Counted from the stretch's first letter, positions 1 through 10,341 are shown. The stretch: 64,000 nt of DNA from Clostridia bacterium (GCA_045534265.1 JAZSJH010000005.1:86234-150233); one strand, 5' to 3'. A program made the numbers and translations. The notes: generated by a model from the letters alone, not told the origin.

Positions 1-939
1 ATAAATGGCTTAAAACCTGCATACTTTATTTTTGGCGAAGATGTAGACCTTCTATATTCGGCGCTAAATTTAATTGAAAGTAATTGTAATATTACAATGC
101 CAGATTTTAACAAGGTTGTGTTTACGGGCGACTTTAATATGCAAGATGCAATCGAATCTTGCCAAGTAATGCCGATAATGGACACAAAAAGACTTGTTGT
201 CTGCAAAGACTACAATGGTAAAGGTACTGACGCCGAGAAAAAATATTTACAACAATATTTAGACAATCCATCACTTGACACTTGCTTTGTTATGTTTGCA
301 ACAAAGACAATACCTTTGTATGTTAGTGCTCTAAACAAAGTAGAGCCAGTAGATTGCAATAAAATGTCAGCTGAGACTTTGAGCAAGGTTATCTTTTCAA
401 AGTTTGCAAGCCAAGGCAAAAAGATTGAAAAGCTAGCTCTTGATTATATTATTGATGCCTGCGGTGGAAGTTACACTGCAATATCAAAAGAGATTGATAA
501 GCTAATAGCCTTTAGTGGAGAAGAAGAGATAATCACCTATGCTATGGTGGAAAACTTGGTTGAAAAGAGTGTTGAGAATGTGGTGTTTGATTTGACTAAT
601 GCAATTGCTGAAAAAAATGGTAGTAAAGTATATCAAATTGCTAATAATCTACTAGATCACGGCAATCAACCAACTGCGCTTATATCACTTATAACAAACA
701 CCTTTAGAAGACTATTTTTTGTTTCGATTACTGAAGGAGAAAATAGCGAACTTGCAAAACATCTTGGAGTTAAAGAAGGGGCTATATTTATTGCAAAAAA
801 ACAAGCAAAGGCTTTTTCGCCTAAAGCTCTAAAGGCTATCTGCGAAAAGTGCGTAGATGCAGAGTTTAAGATAAAAAATGGAAAAATGGAGGGAGTAAAC
901 GCTATCAATTATTTGCTAGCGGAGATACTAAATTACTAA
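1..939 (+). CDS. holA: DNA polymerase III subunit delta, 5' end outside window
   Basis: Frame 1 is open from base 1 and continuous with ORF 97..939. Sequence and size look like a delta subunit. The next gene starts 3 nt after the stop. Confidence 0.7.
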   Translation: MNGLKPAYFIFGEDVDLLYSALNLIESNCNITMPDFNKVVFTGDFNMQDAIESCQVMPIMDTKRLVVCKDYNGKGTDAEKKYLQQYLDNPSLDTCFVMFATKTIPLYVSALNKVEPVDCNKMSAETLSKVIFSKFASQGKKIEKLALDYIIDACGGSYTAISKEIDKLIAFSGEEEIITYAMVENLVEKSVENVVFDLTNAIAEKNGSKVYQIANNLLDHGNQPTALISLITNTFRRLFFVSITEGENSELAKHLGVKEGAIFIAKKQAKAFSPKALKAICEKCVDAEFKIKNGKMEGVNAINYLLAEILNY

Positions 940-941
940 TT

Positions 942-1439
942 ATGACAATAAGCAAAACCTATCAAAAAGTTTTGATTAATATATCTACCTATATAAGTTT
1001 TGTATTTGCCTATCTTATGTATGGCTTTGGGCTTTTGCCTGTAAGAGATACATTTACGGTAATTATCAATTTTATGCTTTTGGGTGCGTTCTTTTATGTT
1101 ATTTTTGAAGTTATAGCAACTTTTTCTTATTCTATGATTCTCAAGTTTGTTCCTAACTTTGAAATAAATCAAAAGGACTTCAAATATTATTTAAGACTTA
1201 TTATTATAGCACGCAATATATTGCTTGCGCTGGTTAATATTATTTTTATATTCTATCCGGTAGCTTCGGTTTGGGGCGTTAAAATTTCTTATACAGTATT
1301 TACAATCCTTGCTATTGGCGGTGGAGTATATCTATTGAGAGATAAACTAAAAAACAATATGTATAGAAGTCTTGCTGTTATTGGGGCTATGACTTTTGTA
1401 TATCTGGTTGCAAACTTGTTTTTGGGGGTGATAGCATGA
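942..1439 (+). CDS. hypothetical multi-pass membrane protein
   Basis: 165-aa ORF with several hydrophobic segments. ATGA overlap with the next gene suggests translational coupling. Confidence 0.55.
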   Translation: MTISKTYQKVLINISTYISFVFAYLMYGFGLLPVRDTFTVIINFMLLGAFFYVIFEVIATFSYSMILKFVPNFEINQKDFKYYLRLIIIARNILLALVNIIFIFYPVASVWGVKISYTVFTILAIGGGVYLLRDKLKNNMYRSLAVIGAMTFVYLVANLFLGVIA

Positions 1440-2839
1440 AAAAATTTATCTATCTAACCCTAGCATTTTTTATAGCAATTCTTGGTATCAACATTATTCC
1501 AAGTTATGCAGATAGCAAGTACAACTTTTCAACAATGTTTAGCGGAAATGAAATTTCTGCAGCTAGTGTAGAAGCTGACCTTTGCGAGTTTGTTTATGGT
1601 GATGCTACAACTTATGACGATACTGGAATTAGAACAGACCGAACATCAGGCACATTGGGAGAAGAAAAAGCTAGAGATTATTTGGTAAGTGAGCTAAAAG
1701 AAATCTTTGGTATAGCTCAAGATACAGACTTTAATGACACAAACTATGTAAAAACTCAAACTATAAATTATAGAACAGGACTTTTGTCTGGGGATTATGT
1801 AACATACAATGTAGTAGGTTGCAAGGTATCTCAAACTGAATCAACAGACTATGTAGTAATTGGCGCTCATTATGATAACTTTTATGGTTATTCTGACGGA
1901 ATGTTTAGTCAAGAAGTTACAAAAAGCCATGGCATTTATGATAACGCAAGTGGCGTAACAGCTCTTCTTAATATCGCAAAACTATTGCAAGACAAGACTC
2001 TTCCTTTTGATGTTTTCTATGTATTTTTCGGAGCAGAAGAAATAGGAAGATATGGTTCTCTTGGTTTTTATGACGGTTTTGTAAAAGAATACAAGGGCGA
2101 AATGAAACTTATGATTAACCTAGACAGCATAGGCAACGGCGACAATCTATATATGTATTCTGCCGAAGTTGAAACTGTGCACCAAGATTATTTTGAGCAG
2201 TTATCAAAGGTATGCAATGATACTTTCTTTGGTTTTGGAGAAGAGATAAAAACCGCTCCTAAAAACAAAAAAGTAGACTATATGGTTTCTTCTGGTGAAA
2301 TTTCTTATAACCATATGGGACTAAATAGTGACAATAGTTCATTTATGCACAAAGGCAATAATGTAATAGCATTTTTCTCAGGGGCGTGGGACGCAAAAGG
2401 AACTGGAATTTTTGAAAGTTCTGTAAATGACAACCTTATGCATTCATCTAATGACAACATTACAAAAATAAAAGAACTATATGGTGATGTATTCTTTGAA
2501 AGAATAAGACAGGTGGCTTATCTATGTGCAACAGCGCTTGTTCAAGACGACTTTGTATCTATCATGGACGAAAGCAGCAAAACAAGCGGAAACTATATTT
2601 TCTTTACAAATTCGCTATATATAAACATTATTTTGTTTGCTGTACTTTTGGTTGGATTTTTCTTATATATTAAGTTTATTAATAGTAAGTTCAAAGACAA
2701 AGAGCCAGACGGAAGATTTGATAGACTTAAAAAAGCCGTTATGGAAAACAACATAGACGAAATATATGTAAGACCAGAAGAAAACGTAACTGAGATCATA
2801 ATCGAAGATGACAAAACTGAAAATCAAGATAAAGATTAA
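1436..2839 (+). CDS. M28-family metallopeptidase with signal peptide and C-terminal membrane anchor
   Basis: N-terminal hydrophobic signal. M28-like metal-ligand blocks (GAHYDN, YDNASGV, FGAEEIGRYGS). TM helix near the C-terminus. Confidence 0.7.
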   Translation: MKKFIYLTLAFFIAILGINIIPSYADSKYNFSTMFSGNEISAASVEADLCEFVYGDATTYDDTGIRTDRTSGTLGEEKARDYLVSELKEIFGIAQDTDFNDTNYVKTQTINYRTGLLSGDYVTYNVVGCKVSQTESTDYVVIGAHYDNFYGYSDGMFSQEVTKSHGIYDNASGVTALLNIAKLLQDKTLPFDVFYVFFGAEEIGRYGSLGFYDGFVKEYKGEMKLMINLDSIGNGDNLYMYSAEVETVHQDYFEQLSKVCNDTFFGFGEEIKTAPKNKKVDYMVSSGEISYNHMGLNSDNSSFMHKGNNVIAFFSGAWDAKGTGIFESSVNDNLMHSSNDNITKIKELYGDVFFERIRQVAYLCATALVQDDFVSIMDESSKTSGNYIFFTNSLYINIILFAVLLVGFFLYIKFINSKFKDKEPDGRFDRLKKAVMENNIDEIYVRPEENVTEIIIEDDKTENQDKD

Positions 2840-2870
2840 CAAAGTTTTGGTTGTAAATTTTATTGATATT

Positions 2871-2906
2871 AAAAAAACTTTATCGCTTAAGATAAAGTTT
2901 TTTTTG
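2871..2906 (+). terminator. intrinsic terminator
   Basis: ACTTTATC/GATAAAGT 8-bp stem (2877-2884/2891-2898) followed by a T-run. Confidence 0.6.
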
Positions 2907-2978
2907 TTGTTTATGCAGTCAAAACTAGTTTTTCAAATCACTATTGTAATGCTAAATTTTTTATGTTAAAATTAAAGT

Positions 2979-3968
2979 ATGGATAAAGATTTATATTACG
3001 AATTAATTTTAGATAAATATTTAGACGAAGAAAATTTGTCTGCAGAAGAGCTAAAACTTTTGGACGCAGCTAAGACATATTTTACCGAAAAGAGCAAACA
3101 AAATATGGGCATAGGTATGATGTCTGCAGGGTATATTTTTACACACAAAGACCAAAACTTGTGGGAAGAATATTCAAAGATTGATAGATTTGTCAAAGAG
3201 TATTCACAAAAATATGCAACAAACAAAGGCCGTCAAATTCAAGATTTTGAACTTGAGTTTATCAATTATGGTAGAACACAACTGGTTTATGTTTTATCAG
3301 ATAAAACAGATGGCAAAAAGGTAACAATCTTGGCAAAACAACCTGTTGTAGAGTATGGTAAAGTAAAACAAGAAGCTCAGTATTTGCAAAAACTAAAAAA
3401 GGTAGACAAAAATGTTGTTGCTCCTATTGATTATTATACAGATAATGAGCAAGAGCTATATGTTACACCATACATTCCACAGGCAAGATGTGTCGCTAGT
3501 GACGCAAAATGGGGAATGTATATTCCAGAACCTTATTATAGATTTGAAAATTTTACTGAAGATCAAGAGAAAGTTGTAAATACCTGTATGATTGCAAAAC
3601 TCGTTAGTTTGTACGATTTTGATAAAGGCAGGGGTATTGCTGGTTGTAAATTAGGTGGGGGAGATTTTATGTTGCCAAAAGGTTGGGAAAACCAAACCCC
3701 AACAATACAAAACACCTTGGATAGTCTGTATTTAATTGCTGCAAGAGAAATGATTAGTTGTTCGTTTGACGAATATATTAATATTTTGAAAGACGAATTT
3801 TCTAGAGAAACAATTGAAGAAGATCCAGAGAGTTTGTTGATTAATATTAGAGGAAGAGTTGCAATGTCTCCAACTGATATAGCTAATGGAATTAGCCTTG
3901 GAAAACAGATTATAGAGCAAAGAACAGCTCAACTACCATCACAAAGGGCAGAAACTCAAAATTTATAA
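2979..3968 (+). CDS. hypothetical protein (possible kinase-like fold, weak)
   Basis: 329-aa ORF. Segments FINYGRTQLVYVL / VTILAKQP / GGGDFML loosely resemble a kinase-fold glycine loop, Lys and DFG. Not verified. Confidence 0.55.
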   Translation: MDKDLYYELILDKYLDEENLSAEELKLLDAAKTYFTEKSKQNMGIGMMSAGYIFTHKDQNLWEEYSKIDRFVKEYSQKYATNKGRQIQDFELEFINYGRTQLVYVLSDKTDGKKVTILAKQPVVEYGKVKQEAQYLQKLKKVDKNVVAPIDYYTDNEQELYVTPYIPQARCVASDAKWGMYIPEPYYRFENFTEDQEKVVNTCMIAKLVSLYDFDKGRGIAGCKLGGGDFMLPKGWENQTPTIQNTLDSLYLIAAREMISCSFDEYINILKDEFSRETIEEDPESLLINIRGRVAMSPTDIANGISLGKQIIEQRTAQLPSQRAETQNL

Positions 3969-3990
3969 CTAAATTAATATATCAAGAAAT

Positions 3991-4026
3991 AAAAAAAACA
4001 CTAACAACATGTTAGTGTTTTTTTGC
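3991..4026. terminator. bidirectional intrinsic terminator between convergent genes
   Basis: ACACTAAC/GTTAGTGT stem (3998-4005/4011-4018) flanked by an A-run and a T-run. Confidence 0.6.
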
Positions 4027-4031
4027 TAAAA

Positions 4032-4409
4032 TTATTCAGCTTTTGCTTTTCTTGTAGTTTTCTTAGCTGGTTTTTCTTCAACTGCTACTTCTTCTACTTT
4101 AGCTTCTGCTTTAACTTCTTCAGCTGCTGGAGCTGCTACTGGAGTAGCTTTTGCTCTAAATAGCATAGAATTTAGTCTGCCAACTTTTCTAGCAGCAGTG
4201 TTTTTATGAATAACACCTTTAGTTTGTGCAGAATAGATATAAGCAGTTAGTTCTGGAAGCATTTTTTCAGCTGCTTCGAACTCGCCAGCATTAACTGTAG
4301 CTCTGAATTTTTTAACCATAGTAGCAAGAGTAGATTTTACATATCTGTTTTCTTCTTTTCTTCTTGCGATAACAGTTACTCTTTTCTTTGCAGATTTAAT
4401 ATTTGGCAC
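4032..4409 (-). CDS. rpsT: 30S ribosomal protein S20 with Ala/Glu/Lys-rich C-terminal extension
   Basis: N-terminus MPNIKSAKKRVTVIARRKEENR is the S20 signature. At 125 aa it is longer than a typical S20. Confidence 0.9.
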   Translation of the reverse strand: MPNIKSAKKRVTVIARRKEENRYVKSTLATMVKKFRATVNAGEFEAAEKMLPELTAYIYSAQTKGVIHKNTAARKVGRLNSMLFRAKATPVAAPAAEEVKAEAKVEEVAVEEKPAKKTTRKAKAE

Positions 4410-4609
4410 GGTTTAATTCTCCTTAAAAATTTTGTTACTCGCATATTTTAGCATATAACAAAAAATTTTGCAAGTATAAATATAATTTTTTTTAGTAAAA
4501 TACTATTTTATTATATATAAATGCCATATTTTCACTTGTTTTGGGCAAATTAACCTTTGAAAGACATTCAAAATGTGGCTATTTTGAACCCAAAATCATA
4601 TTATTATTT

Positions 4610-5371
4610 ATGGACAAATACATTTTGATTTATGATAGCGGAATGGGCGGACTTTCGGTACTTATAGAGTGTATAAAACTTTTGCCAAAATACAGCTTTT
4701 TGTATTTTTCGGATAGCAAAAATGCCCCTTATGGCAACAAAACAAAAAAACAGATTGTAAGTATTGCAACAAAAAATATCGCTATGCTAAAAAGTAAATT
4801 TGATATCCCGATAGTAGTTCTTGCTTGTAATACTATGACAACAACAGCAATAGATGTTTTAAGACAAAAATTTAGTGATACAAATTTTGTTGGAACAGAG
4901 CCGTGTATTAAACTTGTCAAAGACCTTGGCTTTGAAAGGGCTTTGGTTGTTTGCACAAGGGCAACAGCAAAAAACAGTAAAGTAATAAAAGAATATAAAA
5001 CAGCAAAAGATATTATAGCGGGGGATAAAAATTTAGCTAGCTTGATAGAAAAAGAGAGAAATAGTTTATACAGGCTTTTTCCTTATGTTAGTAAAAATTA
5101 TGCCAAGATGTCAGGAAATATTGATTGCGTGGTTTTGGGTTGTACGCATTATGTTTTTGTCAAAAATATATTTGAAAGAATATTTAATATTCCGGTCTTT
5201 GATAGTGGGAGATTTGTAGCAAGAAGGGTAGGAACTTTGGCAAAAGGTCATAAACTAACAGTAGACGGCGAAATTGTTTTTTGTGATAGTGGAGATGATA
5301 GACAATTTTTTAGGTATTTTAATAAAATTGCTTTATATCAAAGGACAAAATATGTTATGATAAAAATGTAA
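4610..5371 (+). CDS. murI: glutamate racemase
   Basis: IYDSGMGGLSV, ACNT and GCTHY catalytic-Cys blocks. The ATG at 4610 gives a normal N-terminus. The track ORF start at 4541 is an upstream TTG extension. Confidence 0.85.
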   Translation: MDKYILIYDSGMGGLSVLIECIKLLPKYSFLYFSDSKNAPYGNKTKKQIVSIATKNIAMLKSKFDIPIVVLACNTMTTTAIDVLRQKFSDTNFVGTEPCIKLVKDLGFERALVVCTRATAKNSKVIKEYKTAKDIIAGDKNLASLIEKERNSLYRLFPYVSKNYAKMSGNIDCVVLGCTHYVFVKNIFERIFNIPVFDSGRFVARRVGTLAKGHKLTVDGEIVFCDSGDDRQFFRYFNKIALYQRTKYVMIKM

Positions 5372-5392
5372 AACTTAAAAGGAAAGTAACAT

Positions 5393-6001
5393 ATGGCAAA
5401 AGAATATAATTACGAAGCAGAAAAAGCAAGAGAAGAGTTTGAAAATATCTTCAACGCTCATATCAAAAGAGATGGGGCAAAAGAGCTTTTGGAATGGCTA
5501 AAAAAGTCGGACTTTTTTACAGCTCCTGCTAGCACAAGACATCACTCAGCATTTGCAGGTGGGTTATGCTATCATAGCGTAAATTGCTATAATAGATTTT
5601 TGAACAACATCATAACTGAGTATGGCGAAGATTATCAAGATACTATTTCTGACGAGAGTATCGCAATTATTGCGCTTTTGCATGATGTTTGCAAAACCAA
5701 CTTTTATAAAGAAGATGTTCGTAATGTCAAAGTAGATGGCGTTTGGGAACAAGTACCTTATTATACTATTGATGACAAACTTCCATATGGCCACGGCGAA
5801 AAATCTGTTTATATGATTTCGGGCTTTATGAAATTAACTAGAGAAGAGGCTTTGGCTATTAACTGGCATATGGGCGGCTTTGACCCAAGAGTTCAATACG
5901 GCTCTCAATCTATGGCACAAGCTTTTTATACATATCCTGTATGCACGCTATTCCATATAGCGGATATTCAAGCAACATATCTTGATGAAAAAGTAGAATA
6001 A
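5393..6001 (+). CDS. HD-domain phosphohydrolase
   Basis: H...HD pattern (RHHSAF..., ALLHDVCK). 202 aa. Confidence 0.7.
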   Translation: MAKEYNYEAEKAREEFENIFNAHIKRDGAKELLEWLKKSDFFTAPASTRHHSAFAGGLCYHSVNCYNRFLNNIITEYGEDYQDTISDESIAIIALLHDVCKTNFYKEDVRNVKVDGVWEQVPYYTIDDKLPYGHGEKSVYMISGFMKLTREEALAINWHMGGFDPRVQYGSQSMAQAFYTYPVCTLFHIADIQATYLDEKVE

Positions 6002-6018
6002 AAGGAAAATGACAAATT

Positions 6019-6657
6019 ATGCTTTTTGTTAATCAAAAATCAGTAAAATACCCTGAGCTTTTGACTGCGGTTGTTTTGTCACAGACTTTTTATAAAGATA
6101 TTAGTTTGTATGTTGGTGATAAAACAAAGGTAACTGATATATATTCTAGGGGCAAAACTATCGGGATAGAGGTTGTCCAATCAGAATACACTAGCGACTT
6201 TCTACTTTCGTCTTTTTCAAATCTTTATCAAAGGGAAATGGAACAAAAAGGCAAAACAATGCCAAGACGCAAAGCAAAAGTTCTTAGCTGGTCATACAAT
6301 TCTGACCTAGATGATGATATAGTTATGGAACAGTTTAGAACACGTATCGTGGATAAGCTTGGAAAATTAAATAACGGCAACTATAGCAAAATCAAGAGTG
6401 AAGTCAACCTTGCGGTTTTGTCTTATATGAGAGTAAAATCAAAAGAAGACGCCCAAAACTTTATTGATGCATATAGAGAAGAGTCTTGCAAGTTTGAAAG
6501 GGAATTTAACAAAATATTTCTTATCTTTTCAACGGGGATATATTACCTTGAAGATGATGAAATAGTGGCTTATGCTGAGTTTATGGGAGATGACTTTTTG
6601 CGCTATCAAGAGATGGCGAAAGCAATACTAAAAAATGGAGAAAAACAGGTTTTTTAG
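6019..6657 (+). CDS. hypothetical protein
   Basis: 212-aa ORF with upstream AAGGAAAA. No family recognised. Confidence 0.5.
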   Translation: MLFVNQKSVKYPELLTAVVLSQTFYKDISLYVGDKTKVTDIYSRGKTIGIEVVQSEYTSDFLLSSFSNLYQREMEQKGKTMPRRKAKVLSWSYNSDLDDDIVMEQFRTRIVDKLGKLNNGNYSKIKSEVNLAVLSYMRVKSKEDAQNFIDAYREESCKFEREFNKIFLIFSTGIYYLEDDEIVAYAEFMGDDFLRYQEMAKAILKNGEKQVF

Positions 6658-6737
6658 CCTGTTTTATTTTTTATCTATTTTTTTGTTAGACAATTTTTTT
6701 TAGATATTGTATTATTGATATAAGGAGAATTTTTGTT

Positions 6738-7586
6738 ATGAAAAAACTTTTGGGGCTTGCATTGTTTGTTTTGCTTTTACCTATGGTTTTTACACTTAGC
6801 GGTTGCGGTGGTGTAGATCTATATATGTACCTTTATGCGGGCAAGTATGAACAAATTGTTTCGGGCGGAAGTTATGATAATGTCAAAGATTTGGACATAG
6901 ACTGGATTGCTGGTAATATTACTATAAAATCTGGAAATGTAGAAAAAGTAACCATTAGTGAGAGCGGGGACAACGCAGGGGCAAGACCGGCTTTTTGTAG
7001 ACAGCTAGAAAACGGCTATATGGATATTAGATATTTCAAGTCTGGTGAAACTAGAGATACATCTATTATGAAAGATTTGGAAATAATAATTCCTGCAGAT
7101 AGCGAACTTAAAGGTATAGAGATTAATGCTCCACTTGTAAACAATATAAACATTACAGGTATTGATTGTAACGATATCAAAATCAACACAAGCAGCAGCA
7201 ATGTTGTTGTTACTAGCAGCAATTTTGCCACTGCAAAAATTGTTTCAACAACAGGCGATATTACATTTACAAGTTGTAGTGTGGATTATACTTTGACGCT
7301 AAATCCAAACACAGGCAATGTACTTGTTGAAAATTGTGATGTTTTAGATTATTCTATCAATACTTTCCAAGGTCAAATAACTCTAAAACTAGCAGACGAA
7401 AGTTTCTTACTTGACTGGACAGAAGGTTTTGGAACTTGTAATTATGAGGCTTTTGGTGAATTAGAGTCAGATGGCAAGGGTGGCAAAATCTATGGTGACC
7501 CACTAGAAATTTTACACAAAATATCATTTGAAGCAACTCATACAACAGGAACTTTAATTTTGCTTAAAAATGGTGGACAAGCATAA
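6738..7586 (+). CDS. lipoprotein, DUF4097/adhesin-like beta-rich domain
   Basis: Lipobox LSGC after a hydrophobic signal. AAGGAG RBS. Repetitive beta-strand-like segments. Confidence 0.6.
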   Translation: MKKLLGLALFVLLLPMVFTLSGCGGVDLYMYLYAGKYEQIVSGGSYDNVKDLDIDWIAGNITIKSGNVEKVTISESGDNAGARPAFCRQLENGYMDIRYFKSGETRDTSIMKDLEIIIPADSELKGIEINAPLVNNINITGIDCNDIKINTSSSNVVVTSSNFATAKIVSTTGDITFTSCSVDYTLTLNPNTGNVLVENCDVLDYSINTFQGQITLKLADESFLLDWTEGFGTCNYEAFGELESDGKGGKIYGDPLEILHKISFEATHTTGTLILLKNGGQA

Positions 7587-7629
7587 ATAAAAATAATATA
7601 ATAAAATATCAATCACGGAGGAAAAATCA

Positions 7630-7974
7630 ATGAAAGCAGCTAAACAATCAGAATTAGATGTAAAGAAATGGCTTGATAGCGAAAGAGCTGGTATTGACAC
7701 TTGTGGTAGTTACGAATATTGCACAAAATGTGATAAATCTTTGGAAAATCCTTGCGCTAGCGCATATGCAGCAACACACACTACTGTTACAGAAGTAGTA
7801 GAAGAAGTTGTAGCTCCTGCAAAACCAAAGAGAACTTGCACAAGAAAGACAGCTTGTCTTGAGCCTGCAGTAAAAGTAGAAACAAAGAAAACTTGCAAAA
7901 AAGCAGCTACAAAAACAACTGCCAAAAAAGCAACAACTGCCAAAAAGACAACTACAAAAAAAGCATCTAAATAA
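7630..7974 (+). CDS. small Cys-containing protein with Lys/Thr/Ala-rich tail
   Basis: GGAGG RBS. N-terminal Cys cluster (CGSYEYCTKC...C). Tail is KKAATKTTAKKATTAKKTTTKKASK. Confidence 0.55.
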   Translation: MKAAKQSELDVKKWLDSERAGIDTCGSYEYCTKCDKSLENPCASAYAATHTTVTEVVEEVVAPAKPKRTCTRKTACLEPAVKVETKKTCKKAATKTTAKKATTAKKTTTKKASK

Positions 7975-7976
7975 TT

Positions 7977-8008
7977 AAAAAGCACCTATTTAATATAGGT
8001 GTTTTTTT
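7977..8008 (+). terminator. intrinsic terminator
   Basis: CACCTAT/ATAGGTG stem (7983-7989/7995-8001) followed by T7. Confidence 0.6.
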
Positions 8009-8109
8009 ATGCAAATAATAAATTAAAATAGCTAAATTTTTTACACATTAATAGGCTATTTATTTTGAAAAAGTAACCTTTTGTTTTATAATGTTTTTAG
8101 GAGAAAAAT

Positions 8110-9321
8110 ATGAATATATTTAAGAAAATTTATTGCAGAACTTTTCAAGGGGTTATGTATATAGCAATACCCTTGCTTCCATATAGAAAGCCAGTTATGC
8201 TAACGTCAGTTCAAGACTTGGTTGCTGTTTTGAAAGAAAAAAGATCAAACTCAGTACTTCTTGTGACAGATAAATCTATTAGAGGTTTGGGGCTAACTCA
8301 AGAGCTAGAAAACGAAATTACAAAAGCAAATATAGCCTTGACTATTTTTGACGAAGTAGTACCAAACCCAACAATAGAAAATGTCGAAAGCGGACTTGCT
8401 GTATACAAAGAAAAAGCTTGTGACACAATAGTTGCCTTTGGGGGTGGCTCAGTGATGGATGCTGCAAAAGTAATAGGGGCAAGGGTAGCAAGACCAAATA
8501 AACCTGTTTCAAAAATGAAGGGACTTTTGAAAGTTTGCAAAAAACTTCCACTTCTTATTGCTATTCCAACAACAGCCGGTACTGGTAGTGAAACAACGCT
8601 TGCTGCTGTTATCACTGACGAAAAAACACATTTCAAGTACCCAATCAACGACTTTAATCTAATCCCACACTACGCAGTTCTTGACTACAAGACAACTCTA
8701 GGGCTTCCGCCACATATTACATCTACAACAGGTATGGACGCCTTAACTCACGCGGTAGAGGCTTATATCGGCAGATCAACAACCAAAGAAACAAGAGATA
8801 TGGCAGAAAAAGCTGTCAAACTTATTGTAGATAATATTTACACAGCATATAGTGATGGCAAAAATAAAGAGGCAAGAGAAAATATGTTAAAAGCAGCTTA
8901 CTTTGCAGGTGTTGCTTTTACAAAATCTTATGTCGGGTATGTTCACGCTGTAGCGCACTCTCTTGGTGGTCAATACAAAATCCCACACGGTCTTGCCAAC
9001 GCGGTTATACTTCCTTACTTTTTGGAAGAGTATGGTAAAACTTGCTATAAAAAACTTGCTAAGTTGTCAAGAATATCTGGTGTTGCAGAAGAAGGCGACA
9101 ATGACGAAGTTGCAAGCAAAAAGTTTATCTCTTGGATAAAAGATATAAACGCAAAAATGAATATCCCAAATGTAATTGACGGCATCAAAGTTGAAGATAT
9201 AGAAATGTTAGCAAAAAAAGCCGATAGCGAAGGAAATCCACTATATCCAGTTCCAAAACTTATGAATGCAAAACAGCTAGCAACAATGTACTACAAAATA
9301 GGCGGACTTGATAATAAATAA
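8110..9321 (+). CDS. iron-containing alcohol dehydrogenase
   Basis: GGGSVMDAAK nucleotide-binding block and His-rich metal site (HAVEAY, HAVAHSLGG). Confidence 0.85.
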   Translation: MNIFKKIYCRTFQGVMYIAIPLLPYRKPVMLTSVQDLVAVLKEKRSNSVLLVTDKSIRGLGLTQELENEITKANIALTIFDEVVPNPTIENVESGLAVYKEKACDTIVAFGGGSVMDAAKVIGARVARPNKPVSKMKGLLKVCKKLPLLIAIPTTAGTGSETTLAAVITDEKTHFKYPINDFNLIPHYAVLDYKTTLGLPPHITSTTGMDALTHAVEAYIGRSTTKETRDMAEKAVKLIVDNIYTAYSDGKNKEARENMLKAAYFAGVAFTKSYVGYVHAVAHSLGGQYKIPHGLANAVILPYFLEEYGKTCYKKLAKLSRISGVAEEGDNDEVASKKFISWIKDINAKMNIPNVIDGIKVEDIEMLAKKADSEGNPLYPVPKLMNAKQLATMYYKIGGLDNK

Positions 9322-9352
9322 AAAAAGAACCGATTGATTTCGGTCCTTTTTT
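9322..9352. terminator. bidirectional terminator between adh and tRNA-Leu
   Basis: GAACCGA...TCGGTCC hairpin flanked by A7 and T7. Confidence 0.5.
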
Positions 9353-9438
9353 TGGTAGCGGTGGTCGGGGTCGAACCGACACTCAGTTGCCTGAATCAGA
9401 TTTTGAGTCTGACGCGTCTGCCATTTCGCCACACCGCC
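9353..9438 (-). tRNA. tRNA-Leu (anticodon CAA)
   Basis: Reverse complement folds as a cloverleaf: acceptor GGCGGTG/CACCGCT, anticodon stem TCAGA/TCTGA, loop CTCAAAA, long variable arm, T-arm GTCGG-TTCGACC-CCGAC, encoded CCA. 86 nt. Confidence 0.9.
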
Positions 9439-9620
9439 ATGCGTTTTTTGGTAGAAAATAATTGAAAAAAGGATTTAACAATAAAAGGAGGGATTGTAAG
9501 TAACTTACAAAAAATTATTTTCTACTTATCAAAATGCTTTTATACAATAACATACTTTGAAAAAAAATGCAAGTGTTTTTTAGCTTTTTATTATTTTTTG
9601 TTAAATATGTTATTGTTGAG

Positions 9621-9660
9621 CAAAAAAACAAGGTGACATATCAGTCGCCTTGTTTTCTTT
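9621..9660 (-). terminator. intrinsic terminator downstream of the NUDIX gene
   Basis: 10-bp stem (9628-9637/9644-9653, one mismatch on the minus-strand RNA) followed by a U-run. Confidence 0.55.
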
Positions 9661-9669
9661 TATATTATA

Positions 9670-10131
9670 TTATATTTTCCAGAAGTCCCTTGCAGACTTG
9701 ATTTGAGCAGAGAAGGTAACTCCATTTGCCCATTTGATATATTTTGACAACTCATCTAGTGGTACAAATTTTCTTTCACTGATTTCCCACTCTTGGTTAA
9801 AGTCTAAAAGGCTGTCTACTTTGGCTGTATATCTTAATTGGAAGTACTTTTCATCATTTTCGATAACTTCTACCGCCCCTAGATAGTTTACATCTTTTAG
9901 AGTGATACAAGCTTCTTCCATAAGCTCCCTGCCCAAAGTGTCAAGTCTTGTCTCTCCAGGCTCTGGGTGTCCGCCAGGTATTGTCCAAGTGTCACCATTT
10001 TTGACAATCAAAAGGTCTCCATGTTCATTAAAAACATAACCACTTACTTGAGTGTATTTTTGTCCAGCAATTGAAAAATTTTCTCTCCATAGCATTTTGC
10101 AGTTAGGAGTGATTTGTTCGTATTCTGTCAT
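9670..10131 (-). CDS. NUDIX hydrolase
   Basis: Nudix box GGHPEPGETRLDTLGRELMEEACI. Confidence 0.85.
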   Translation of the reverse strand: MTEYEQITPNCKMLWRENFSIAGQKYTQVSGYVFNEHGDLLIVKNGDTWTIPGGHPEPGETRLDTLGRELMEEACITLKDVNYLGAVEVIENDEKYFQLRYTAKVDSLLDFNQEWEISERKFVPLDELSKYIKWANGVTFSAQIKSARDFWKI

Positions 10132-10275
10132 TTTTTATTCCCCCATATATTTAGTATAACACAAAACTTTTTTAACTAAAAATTATTAACATACAAAAAA
10201 TGCAAATTTGATTTTTATTTTTCCGTGCATAATTTTTGCATGAGAATTTTTGTAGAGAATTTTTTTATTTTTTTG

Positions 10276-10325
10276 TTGACAAATAGTGCTTTTGAGTATA
10301 TTATTGTATTAGTCAAGTAATACAA
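10276..10325 (+). promoter_or_regulatory. promoter TTGACA-17-TATTAT with overlapping palindromic operator
   Basis: TTGACA 10276-10281. TATTAT 10299-10304. Perfect inverted repeat TTGTATTA-N6-TAATACAA at 10304-10325, just upstream of the GntR gene. Confidence 0.5.
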
Positions 10326-10341
10326 TGATTTGGAGAGAAAT

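Noticed and set aside
8009-8018. The 10-mer ATGCAAATAA recurs on the plus strand at 8009, 34785, 39269 and 60351 (all intergenic) and at 10402 (inside the GntR CDS).
   Set aside because: It may be enriched, but the word is AT-rich and the intergenic DNA is very AT-rich. The contexts include convergent as well as divergent intergenic regions, and the flanks are not conserved. I cannot establish significance without a genome-wide k-mer test.
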